A stretch of 64,000 bases of DNA from Octopus vulgaris. Its lineage: Eukaryota. The DNA lies in assembly GCA_951406725.2 (NCBI GenBank), contig OX597822.1, positions 74,338,001 through 74,402,000 of the forward strand. Reading direction: 5' to 3'. Within the stretch, counting starts at the first letter, position 1; each line of letters opens with the position of its first letter. The notes beneath the pieces were generated by a model. That model worked only from the letters and a program-made list of their open reading frames with translations, searched no databases and was not told where the DNA came from. The position numbers were made by a program, and so were the translations under genes. This document shows, piece by piece, positions 1-11,120 of this stretch.

Positions 1-178
1 AGGCAAACGGATTAAGTCGATTACTTCGACCCCAGTGCGTAACTGGTACTTATTTAATCGACCCCGAAAGGATGAAAGGCAAAGTCGACCTCAGCGGAAT
101 TTGAACTCAGAACGTAACGGCAGCCGAAATACCGCTAAGCCTTTCGCCCGGCGTGCTAACGTTGTTACCAGTTCGCTG
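1..178 (-). mobile_element. tRNA-derived SINE family A (partial, cut by the window edge)
   Basis: Reverse complement of the copy at 19879-20103, with a B-box-like GAGTTCAAATTCC and the core GCCTTTCATCCTTTCGGGGTCGAT...GTACCAG. Confidence 0.8.
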
Positions 179-807
179 CTTTTGTCAGCTCGTCGCCTTC
201 ACCCGCATATTACGGAGGAACATCATGTTGATTAGCCAGGATTTATAGCATGATGCAGCTTATCGTCAAATGGATCAATTGCACCATTCTTTTTTACGGT
301 ACTGTAACTAATCTCATTTACTTTATCTTGCTGTGACAACCTTTCCTGCTAAAAGGATTTTAAAGATGTGGATTTTAATTTCCAGACCACCATATTAATG
401 TAAGGACCTACCTTGATGATTTTTTGCCAAACAGGTGGATTGGCCGAAGAGGTTCAATGGAATACTCCTCGTGTTCACCGGACCACAAACCGTTGGATAA
501 TTTTATGGGAATGCTTTATCTTTTAAGTTTGCCGTACAAAAACTGACGACAGTCGACGAATTGAGCCATTGAACAAGAATGCGTACACATACCAAACGAA
601 ATGTTTCTTGGTGTTTTTGATTCCATTGCTTCGCGTTATCAACAGTGCTTGAAACAGAATAGTCAACAGTTTGAAAGCAGGCGTTCATAAACAAATTAAA
701 TTCTGTCTGGAGATTCTATCAAATTTTGAATATGAAATGTATTTTAATAAGCACTGACTTTAAAATCATTCAATGTATGCATATTTCTTTGGGACACTCT
801 CTATGTC

Positions 808-849
808 CTGTGAGTGGATTTGGTTGACGGAAACTGAAAGAAGACCGTC

Positions 850-901
<52 letters not shown>

Positions 902-1115
902 TTGTGTTTGTTCGTGTCTGTGTTTGTCCAACCACTACCACTTTATAACCGGTGGTAATGTGTTTACGTCCCCATAACTTAGCAGTTCGACAAAACAGTA
1001 CGAAACAATAAGCACCTGTCTCAAAATAGAAAGTACCGGGCTCGATTCGTTCGACTAAGATTCTTCAAGGCGGTGCACCGGCATGGCCGCAGCCTAATGA
1101 CTGAAACAAGTAAAA
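808..1115 (+). mobile_element. SINE family B, 5'-truncated, with internal (TG)n
   Basis: Matches the body and tail of copies at 5832-6237 and 53651-54000 (GTGAGTGGATTTGG...GAAAGAAG...GCATGGCCGCAG...GACTGAAACAAG). Confidence 0.8.
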
Positions 1116-1171
1116 CACAAAACATAGAACATATATTTGTGCGTCTGTGCTTTTCTTACTGAAAACGTTAT

Positions 1172-1261
1172 GGGCATATGGCATAGTGGTTAAGAGCACA
1201 GGCTACTAGCACCAAGATTCCGAGTTCGATTCCAGGCAGTGACCTGAATAATAATAATAAC

Positions 1262-1338
<77 letters not shown>

Positions 1339-1505
1339 CAACAACAACATCGAAAATTACCTTATGAATGAGAACCCAGGTTCGAAATTTCCCCAAGGCA
1401 CCTGATGAAGGCTGGAGGGTATATCAGCCGAAACGTTGTAACAACAAACAAGACGAGGACAAATATCTGTCAAATGTAAATCGTGTAAATAATGTAAATA
1501 ATGTA
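1172..1505 (+). mobile_element. SINE-like family D: tRNA-like head + (AAT)n + hammerhead-like tail
   Basis: A-box TGGCATAGTGG 1179-1189, B-box GAGTTCGATTCC 1222-1233, (AAT)n 1247-1335 and a hammerhead core at 1402-1440. The tail ACAAGACGAGGACAAATATC recurs near 51604. Confidence 0.7.
1397..1440 (+). ncRNA. Minimal hammerhead ribozyme motif (stem I partly decayed)
   Basis: CTGATGA 1402-1408, an extra A, stem II GGCTG/CAGCC, GAAA 1430-1433 and a palindromic AACGTT stem III. Only about 2 bp of stem I are left. Confidence 0.55.
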
Positions 1506-1546
1506 CGTCACACATTGTTACAGAGCAAGAGAGAAAAAAGAAATCT

Positions 1547-1768
1547 TACGAGAGGTTGCTGAAAAGTTACTGGCTTTAAGGGTGTCACGAAAGGCCTAGT
1601 TGGTGGCCCAACCTTCCGAGTTCTTTTACAAGTCTTAGAAAAATTGAAAGACCGCTGCAATAGGTGTGAATCTAAGAGCGGAATATGTTGAATAACTAAA
1701 ATCATAATTAACTGATCCACCTGCATTTTCTTTTACCCAGAGCCAGGAATTTTTCAGGACCCCCTCAT
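1547..1768 (+). mobile_element. Tc1/mariner-derived MITE; a second partial right end at 1903-2007
   Basis: Imperfect TIRs TACGAGAGGTTGCTGAAAAGTTACTGGCT / AGCCAGGAATTTTTCAGGACCCCCTCA. An internal frameshifted remnant reads LEKLKDRCNRC..NLRAEYVE*, like a mariner transposase C-terminus. Confidence 0.7.
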
Positions 1769-2071
1769 TCACACACAGAGACACATATGTATATATATAT
1801 ATATATGAGACTAAGAGCACCATTGTCCAAATGAGTGCTCAATGCGCGTTACGGGTGATTGGATATATTTATAAGTAATCGATTCTATCGTTATATAATC
1901 CACGTGAATCTGAGAGGGAAACATGTTGAATACACAAAATCATAATTAACAGATCCTCCTGTATTTCCTTTTACCCAAAGCCAGGAACTTTTCGGCACTC
2001 CCTCGTAGATATCCATTCATGATTTAAGACATTACCGAAGCAACTGAGTATTAGGAATAACGAATTACAAA

Positions 2072-2607
2072 CATATTAATAGTTATCGCCAAGCTAACAT
2101 GGCAGTCGAGAAAAACAGAACGAATGCTGCCGTTATCTCCAAGAGAACATCGCATCTAGCTAGCTAAGGGACACACAAACCTGTGTCCAATATAACCTTC
2201 GAACAGGGGAGGTCAGCAGCTTCCCCTTGCTGGTCTGGCAGCCACAGACTAGTTTCGATGTGGTTGCCCTTTATCAATGTGGAGTAGCCAGACTCAGCAG
2301 GTGTCCGTGCTGATCGACTGTTCGAATTATTTACCTAAATTCAGTGGAATACATCCACTGGTTTTCTAAAATAGAAATATCATTATTTCTAATTCTCTCT
2401 AAAAGGAGACTACGGCAGCGGTACTGGATATTAATAGTTATTGCCAAGCTAACATGGCAGTCCAGAAAAATAGGAAGAATGCTGCCGTTGATTTGCTCCA
2501 AGAGGCCATCGCCTCTAGCTAGCTATGTGACACACAAACCTGTGTCCATTATAACATTTGAACAGGGGAGGTCAACAGCTTCTCCGTGCTGGTATGGCAT
2601 CCACAGT
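2072..2607. repeat. Diverged direct repeat of ~175 bp (2072-2247 and 2429-2607)
   Basis: Both copies run from ATATTAATAGTTAT(C/T)GCCAAGCTAACATGGCAGTC to GGCA(G/T)CCACAG. Confidence 0.75.
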
Positions 2608-3010
2608 AGGAATCGAAACTGAATCCTGTAGCAGTGGAGTTGGTAAACTTATGGCTACCATTATACAGAACACAACGCATTAATGCTCTCAGCAATGGCA
2701 TTTGCTTTAAACAAAAGACAAATGACAGGAGCCAACAAAAAATATATGTTGTTGGGCCAACATTTGGTTTAGAGTGGCGAAGGTTCTGACAGGTTTTCAT
2801 TGTTTACAACATTCGATGGTTCTGTTCGTGCAGTTAATAGTTCTTAGATGCTTTGTTCTAAAAACTGTTTAGTCTACGGCACTTGACTGATTTACTTCCT
2901 TGAATAAATAACTTTTCGACGCATTTTGATATCGCTTATATATGATGTGTCTATACATGCACACATAACTATCTGAAAATATACACACATACACACATAT
3001 TATGTGCGTG

Positions 3011-3159
<149 letters not shown>

Positions 3160-3211
3160 TATATATTTACATATACACATACACATATATATATGTACAT
3201 ATATATAATTC

Positions 3212-3243
<32 letters not shown>

Positions 3244-3373
3244 ACACACATATAAATATATATACATATACATATATATATGTATATACATACATATACG
3301 CATATATATATATATATATAATTAAATTAGAGATAAAACCACTATTAGGCATATATGTATATATATATATTTA

Positions 3374-3461
<88 letters not shown>

Positions 3462-3487
3462 TTACATATGTATGTATATACATATAC

Positions 3488-3540
<53 letters not shown>

Positions 3541-3945
3541 TAGGAATTACTATAATTGAAGGAGTGAATATATGCGCGTATGCCAGTGCATTTCTGCGTG
3601 TGCTAATGTGTATATGTGTATTTCTGCCTATGTTGTGCGTTGTGTGAGATGTGAGTGTGTCTGCGTGTGCCTGCGTGTGTGTGTGGGGAGGGTGTTATGT
3701 GTGTATGTATTTACGTCCGTTTATATTGCCGCTTTCGCATTGTTTTGCAGGCTTCTAATTTCTTTGTTTTCTACTGATTTATGCCCATACACCTACCGCT
3801 GTACACAGCCTCACACACACTCTCTCTCTCACACACACACACACATACACACACACAAACACATACATTTATGTTTGTATATATATGAATGTGTATATAT
3901 ATATATCTGTTGATATGCATATACATATTAATGCATGCATATCCA

Positions 3946-3977
<32 letters not shown>

Positions 3978-4044
3978 CATATATTGTGTGTGTATGTGTA
4001 CCTTTATATATCTTCATACACACATTTGCACACTCACACACATA

Positions 4045-4098
<54 letters not shown>

Positions 4099-4351
4099 CG
4101 TGTGTATATGTAATCAGTCGAAAATTCGCCCGTCTAATCGCACATCTCAAAACACACATACGCCATTGTATCATCCATCAAGTTAACCACAATCCAACAC
4201 ATTTCAAGTGCTGCCACGGACAACTACCAGAGATACTGTTTACTTAAATATCTCCATACTTATGTGTGTGTGCGCGCGCACGCACACACATACACACACA
4301 CACATACACATGCACGCAGACACACACTCACATCAGAATAATTAGATATGC

Positions 4352-4389
<38 letters not shown>

Positions 4390-4405
4390 GTTCTATTTAA
4401 GTATA

Positions 4406-4515
<110 letters not shown>

Positions 4516-4538
4516 GTGTGTGTGTGTGTGTGTGTAGA

Positions 4539-5463
4539 TTAGAAAAAAACCCACCTTTTATCAATTCAAAATTAAATTACACCATCTAGAAAATTTCTTA
4601 ATTTCTTTCTTTAATTTATGGGGCTTAAATGTTTCTTACATTCCATTAGTAAATAATTTTCGCCATTATATCATTTTTATATATATTGATAGTTATAAGT
4701 TACGATAGATATTAATTATATCTATTTATTTAGAATGATTTATTATTTTTTTATAAAGTGATGTTACGTATTACATTTAATTTAATTTGAGAATTAATTT
4801 TGTTAGACAATATATAATTTAATAATTATGTAGTATTAGATTTAAGATAATTAGGTATTATATTAATTGATATTTAGTCAATTATATTATTGAGTGATAT
4901 ATTAAATCTATAGATAATACACATATGTATTAATTATATAGTTAGCTTTTTTAATGAGTTTGTCTATATTTGAGCCATTTCATATTTTGATTACAATATT
5001 AATGGCTTGTACTAGCATTGTGTATATTAATTAATTTTAAAGTATTGTATAATTTAAGTATTGTTTTTTGTTTTCACTTTATGTACATTTAGTATCTTAT
5101 ATATATATATATATATAAAATAAAGAACATATATATATATATATTAAAATATTTTTTACGTATATTTATTAATTAATTATTTTCTTATTCTAGTTTATTT
5201 CTAACCTGATGAGTGGCTATATTTAAATCGAAGTGATATTACTACTACTATTAATTTTTTTACTATAATCATTTCTTAAATATAGCCTCGAAACACGTGT
5301 CGTTATTCTATCAAATATATACGTTTGTATCATTATTTTGCAACTTACTTAATCATAGATATATTATTGTTATTTTATTTTTAATATTTCTATTGTATGT
5401 AATTTTCTAGAAGGTGTAATTTAATTGTTCATTTTGAATTCATAAAAGGTGGGTTTTTTCTAA
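4539..5463 (+). mobile_element. AT-rich non-autonomous element bounded by ~60-bp inverted repeats and carrying a hammerhead (Penelope-LTR-like)
   Basis: TTAGAAAAAAACCCACCTTTTA...ACACCATCTAGAAAATT (4539-4595) is the reverse complement, with an indel, of 5401-5463. It has no ORF. Confidence 0.65.
5202..5305 (+). ncRNA. Type I hammerhead ribozyme (minimal, palindromic stem III)
   Basis: Stem I TAAC/GTTA; CTGATGA 5206-5212; G5213-C5289 plus a 12-bp stem II GGCTATATTTAA/TTAAATATAGCC; GAAA 5290-5293; stem III ACACGTGT; GTC cleavage triplet ending at 5301. Confidence 0.85.
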
Positions 5464-5582
5464 TTTTTATATATATATTATATTTTGTGAAATTTGATTT
5501 AGTATTTCTAAATTGAATTTTTCCCTGTAAGTTAGGAATAATATTCCCTCAAATAATTATATATATATATATCTATATCTAC

Positions 5583-5640
<58 letters not shown>

Positions 5641-5762
5641 ATTTTGTGATCTAGTTATATGTTTTATAATATAGTTTTTCTTTATGATTTGGTTTATGTC
5701 TATCATTGTTTGAATTACATAATAGTGGTTTTTCTCTAATTTTTATATATATTATATATATA

Positions 5763-5811
<49 letters not shown>

Positions 5812-5831
5812 CATACATATATATATATATT

Positions 5832-6237
5832 GGCGCAAGCTTGGCTGCGTGGTAACTAGATTTCCTCCCAACCATACGGTTCCGGGTTCAGTCCCACTGT
5901 GTGGCACCTTGGACAAGTGTCTTCTACTATAGCCTCGGGCAGATTAAAGCCTTGGAAGTGGATTTGGTAGAAGGAAATTGAAAGAAGCCCGTCGTGAATA
6001 TATACATGTATATATATATGGATTTATGTGTGTATGCCTTTGTGTCTGTGTTTGTCCCCTCACCAACGCTTGACAACCGATGCTGGTGTGTTTATGACCC
6101 CGAAGCCTAGCGGTTCGGCAAAATTGACCGATAGAATAAGTACTAGGCTTACAAAGAATAAGTCCTGGTGTCGATTTGTTCGACTAAAGGTAGTGCTCCA
6201 GCACGGCCGTTGTCAAATGACTTAAACGCGTAAAAGA
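5832..6237 (+). mobile_element. SINE family B, full length (tRNA-like head, CORE-like segment, internal microsatellite, LINE-like tail)
   Basis: TGGCTGCGTGG A-box-like, GGGTTCAGTCCC B-box-like and CCTTGGACAAGTGTCTT CORE-like segments. More than 10 related copies occur in the window. Confidence 0.85.
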
Positions 6238-6239
6238 GT

Positions 6240-6298
<59 letters not shown>

Positions 6299-6342
6299 TA
6301 CTTACACACACGTGTGTGTATCTATATATATATATATATATA

Positions 6343-6523
6343 GGGAGAGTTTACGAAAAAACAAAAGACAAAGACAGGTGGTGTACAAAACAAGCAGATG
6401 TATTAGTATAACGCTCAGGAATAGAAAAAGTCTTTTCCCTTTCGAGCCTACGCTCTTCTGCAGAAAGGGACACAGAAAAAACAAGGAGAGAAAAAAAGAG
6501 AAAAATGTGTGTAGTGGCTAACG

Positions 6524-6524
<1 letters not shown>
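6343..6524 (-). mobile_element. Solo Penelope pseudo-LTR fragment
   Basis: Diverged reverse complement of 45149-45340, including GAAGAGCGTAGGCTCGAAA; flanked by (TA)n. Confidence 0.75.
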
Positions 6525-6565
<41 letters not shown>

Positions 6566-6625
6566 TAGGTCCGAGTTGAGTGGGTTAACCACAGTAAATA
6601 AGGTACTCAATATCAGAGTAAATTA

Positions 6626-6671
<46 letters not shown>

Positions 6672-7202
6672 AACTCTTCTATAAAATAAATAAATATATA
6701 TATATACTTACATATATATATATATATATATGTATGTGTGCATGTATGTATGTATGTATGTATGTATGTATGTACGTATGTATGTATGTATGTATGTATG
6801 TATGTATGTATAGGTATGTGTGTGTGTATCACAGAGCTTCTGCTGACAGTGTACAAGACTGGGCGAAGCAGCTTCACCCCATCGTTTGATCTTCCTAGCA
6901 ATGGACGATCTTCCGCGTGAGCAAGTGTCCAATGAGCAGATAGCGTTGTGTTTGCGAGCGTATTCATGAACGTATATGCATAAGTGTGTTAGTGCTCGTG
7001 CGCGTGTGAGCGTCTACATGCGTGCGTGCGTGCGCGTGATGCGGAGGGTGTAAAATAATGTTGTGCCGTAATGTGGATGTTTATCCCGTTAGATAAACAT
7101 TTTTGATAAATACAATTAACTTCCTCTGAAACAGGTTCATCGTCAGTATTTTACCGCGAAAAGTCTTGGAGCCAGATATGTATGCAAGTGTGTGTATATG
7201 TG

Positions 7203-7247
<45 letters not shown>

Positions 7248-7278
7248 TTATACATATATATACATAATACATATATAT

Positions 7279-7321
<43 letters not shown>

Positions 7322-7591
7322 TATAGGTGTGTTTATATATATATATATATATATATAAGTGTGTGTGTATATATACATATATATATATGTATGCATATAT
7401 GTATATATATATACACGTACGGACACAGATATACATAAATATACATATATATGTTTATATACATATATATGTGTGTGTTTTAAGATTAATGTGTACATGT
7501 ATACAAATATGTATGTATATATGTATATAATATATATATGTATATGTGTGTACGTATGTGTGTGAGCATACATTCACTGTAATATATATAC

Positions 7592-7663
<72 letters not shown>

Positions 7664-7727
7664 GTGTATATATATGTATGTTTGTATATATATATATGTA
7701 TGTGTGTATATATTTATGTATGTCACT

Positions 7728-7767
<40 letters not shown>

Positions 7768-7771
<4 letters not shown>

Positions 7772-8300
7772 TCACTTGGAAAGTTTCCAGAAGATATAGA
7801 AACCCTTGATTCGGATGGAGTTGGATAGCGAACAAAGGTGTGGAGTGGAGTGAAATCATTTGAAGTGGCCAGGATAACGCAAGTAAGACTCAAATGAGAT
7901 CTAAGGAAGAATGTAACGATCGAGAAGGTGAATGACAATGACCTTTTTGCGTGCACAGTCTGCGACAGATTATGCCTGTCTTTTGCTGGCCTCAAGTCTC
8001 ATCTACGAAAGCATGGAAAACGAACAACCACCAACGGTTCTGCTTATATGTATGTGCACACCTTTGAATGCAGTGCATTCCAGAAGGCTTGCAAATCCAA
8101 CGGAGGCCTCAAAAGACAATTGAAGAGCCACAAAGCGCAGAACTTATCTGCAGCTCTTGGTGGTCCAAATCGGATTTGCAATCTATTTGAGTGTATTTTC
8201 AGAACATTGTCTGGTTTAAAAAGCTACATCTGATGCCTTGTTGGTGCTAAGGTGTAGGTACAGGAAGTGGTCAAACTGTATAAGGAATAGACAAGCACGA
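7768..8300 (+). pseudogene. 3' end of an RTE-type LINE ORF with three C2H2-like fingers (decayed)
   Basis: ORF 7928-8233 reads CTVCDRLCLSFAGLKSHLRKH, CSAFQKACKSNGGLKRQLKSH and CNLFECIFRTLSGLKSY. An upstream W..IA....W..II motif has stops. No TGEKP linkers are present. Confidence 0.55.
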
Positions 8301-8309
8301 TGTATATAT

Positions 8310-8400
<91 letters not shown>

Positions 8401-8798
8401 GGGAATAAATCCAAACTTACAGGGAAAAATGAGATTTAGGATTAAATCCAATTTTATAGTATAAATATATTATATTATATTATATTAAATTAGAGATATA
8501 ACCACTATTAGGCAAATCAAACAGTGAAAAACAAGCCAATACATAAAATTAATTTGATATATAAAAGTTAAAAATAAAAAATTATTTAAATAATTTAAAC
8601 TTATAAATTTTACATATATATACAAATATATATATATGTGTATGAAATAAATATAAGAGAGTGGTCACTATATGGCTCACTCTAGCACCAGTTAATCCAA
8701 AAGGTTTCAACCACAAAAATACATGTTTCCCATGAAAGACAGTACGATTGTTAGCTCACACGGACAGGGCAAATAAAAAATAACAAAAATACAGATTA

Positions 8799-8880
8799 TT
8801 TTGGGACAATTGTTTCGCTATTAATGAATTAAATGTAATTTTACTTACAAAAAAATCCACTTGTAGCTCGTCAGCCAAAA
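8799..8880 (-). ncRNA. Type I hammerhead ribozyme, tandem copy 1
   Basis: Minus strand: TTTTGG-CTGACGA-GCTA...TAGC-GAAA-CAATTGTC-CCAAAA. Stem I has 6 bp, stem III is the palindrome ACAATTGT, and cleavage falls between 8805 and 8804. Confidence 0.88.
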
Positions 8881-9333
8881 CTATCTGGATGAAATCCACT
8901 CAATCACACGCCAGATTTTACCATAACGATAAATACGCGTGTGGTTCAATTGATTACATCCGACGTTATAATTCAAATGCCCCAACTAACAGCGCGCCAA
9001 ACTTTCACGGAAAACAAATACAGTATTTAGAAATAAATGCAGCATAATTATAATTAATTAATAAGGGTGAGAGAATTAGATACTAACTTAATAGTATATC
9101 TATTCAACACCAAGTGGCCTAGTGCTCCGAGAAACCTGGATTATTATAATATTTTATAATATATTATAATATTTTTACAAAATAAATATAAGAGAGTGGT
9201 CACTATATGGCTCACTCTAGCACCAGTTAATCCAAAAGGTTTCAACCACAAAAATACATGTTTCCCATGAAAGACAGTACGATTGTTAGCTCACACGGAC
9301 AGGGCAAATAAAAAATAACAAAAATACAGATTA

Positions 9334-9415
9334 TTTTGGGACAATTGTTTCGCTATTAATGAATTAAATGTAATTTTACTTACAAAAAAATCCACTTGTA
9401 GCTCGTCAGCCAAAA
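9334..9415 (-). ncRNA. Type I hammerhead ribozyme, tandem copy 2
   Basis: Identical to 8799-8880, offset by 535 nt; cleavage falls between 9340 and 9339. Confidence 0.88.
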
Positions 9416-9678
9416 CTATCTGGATGAAATCCACTCAATCACACGCCAGATTTTACCATAACGATAAATACGCGTGTGGTTCAATTGATTACATCCGACG
9501 TTATAATTCAAATGCCCCAACTAACAGCGCGCCAAACTTTCACGGAAAACAAATACAGCATTTAGAAATAAATGCAGCATAATTATAATTAATTAATAAG
9601 GGTGAGAGAATTAGATACTAACTTAATAGTATATCTATGTATGTATATTTTTATATTTATATATTATTTTATCAATTA

Positions 9679-9709
<31 letters not shown>

Positions 9710-10038
9710 TTTATTTATTTTTATTTATTTATTTATTTTTTATATATATATCAAAAGTATTAAAAGTTTAATAAAAAATTTTAAAAATTAAAAAAATAAA
9801 TAAATTAATTAAATAAATTAATTAATTAATTAATAAAATAATATATAAATATAAAAATATACATACATACATACATATATATATATTTGTATATATATAT
9901 AAAATTTATAAGTTTAAATTATTTAAATAATTTTTTTATTTTTAACTTTTATATTTTAAATTAATTTTATGTATTGGCTTATGTTTTTCACTGTTTGATT
10001 TGCCTAATAGTGGTTTTATCTCTAATTTAATATAAATG

Positions 10039-10115
<77 letters not shown>

Positions 10116-11088
10116 CCATGTGTTCTCTAAATTTAAGTGACATCACGAGGAACATAACTGAATCCTTTGAGGATGATAAAAGGATATGAACTAGCTGTGT
10201 TTGAGAATTGGTATTCTTATATTTCATTCGCTACCCGATTATGTTTTCTGTTGCTTGTTATGGTCTTGTTAGTCATAGCTCACGAAGAAAGGCAGCTATA
10301 TCTGTTTTATCTCTCAAAAGAGAGATAACTACATGAAGTCATGGATTAGTGTTGCTGCTAAGGACAAGTGTGCTTTCCCAGTTTCCTAGCCTACATGCAA
10401 TTTCTCTTTGTACATCTTTTCACCCGGACCATGCATTTTTCTGCAACTTCACCCCCATTTTCTACTTTCACGCTTCTCATCAGTCATTTCAATCTTGTCC
10501 CCCATTATATCTCTTTCACCTTACCCACCAGACAGAGGAAAGCTGTTTTCCCTTCCTAGCCAAATGTGGCTGGCACACTGACCTTCACGACGAATTCGGA
10601 GAATAACCGGGTCCGTCTTACATGCAAACAACGACTGTTCGACATAACTTCACCAGTTAGCAAGGTCCGGACACTGAACGAATGCTTGAAGAACAAACTC
10701 GTTGCTCTGCATGCATCTCAGAAAAATATGTTCGGTTAACTTTCGTCGACACTTAGAGTTACTTAGAGTCTGTCTGAGACCGGGTATGAAACGTTTCGGC
10801 ACAGCTATTTTGGCGCAGCTTATTTGGCATCGATGATTCGACGCTGACTGTTTTGTCATCAGTTGTTTTAATATTTCTCTTGTTCTCTCCCTCCTGTTCT
10901 CTCCCTCCCTCACTCGTTCACTCTCTCACTCACTCACTCACTCAATCGGTCAATCTATCAAATCAACCAACCATTCTCTCAATAACAAACACACTGTGTC
11001 TGAGTGTGTGTGTGTGTATGTATGTATTTGAGGAGAAGCAAAGAGTTTAAATCATTTGTGGTCAATTAATAAATTGTAATTTCCACCC

Positions 11089-11120
<32 letters not shown>

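Larger units (their letters stand above)
8480..10035. mobile_element. Inverted-repeat-bounded element holding a tandem hammerhead repeat (retrozyme / Penelope pLTR-like)
   Basis: 8480-8638 is the reverse complement of ~9876-10035. An internal direct repeat 8645-9103 = 9180-9638 has a period of 535. An AT foldback lies at 9636-9672 / 9833-9869. (TA)n flanks both sides. Confidence 0.8.

Noticed and set aside
200-760. Possible decayed mariner transposase on the minus strand
   Set aside because: Only a short AGKV-like hint is visible; too degraded to call.
1172-1247. Possible tRNA gene (also the heads at 16808, 51496, 62234 and 62924)
   Set aside because: A and B boxes are present, but acceptor stems are poor and each is attached to a repeated body, so these are SINE heads.
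7928-8233. Host C2H2 zinc-finger gene
   Set aside because: There are no TGEKP linkers, the fingers are decayed, and the upstream context is RTE-like with stops.
8645-9638. CRISPR array or prokaryotic system
   Set aside because: There is no short repeat-spacer periodicity, cas gene or operon anywhere in the window; the DNA is clearly eukaryotic.
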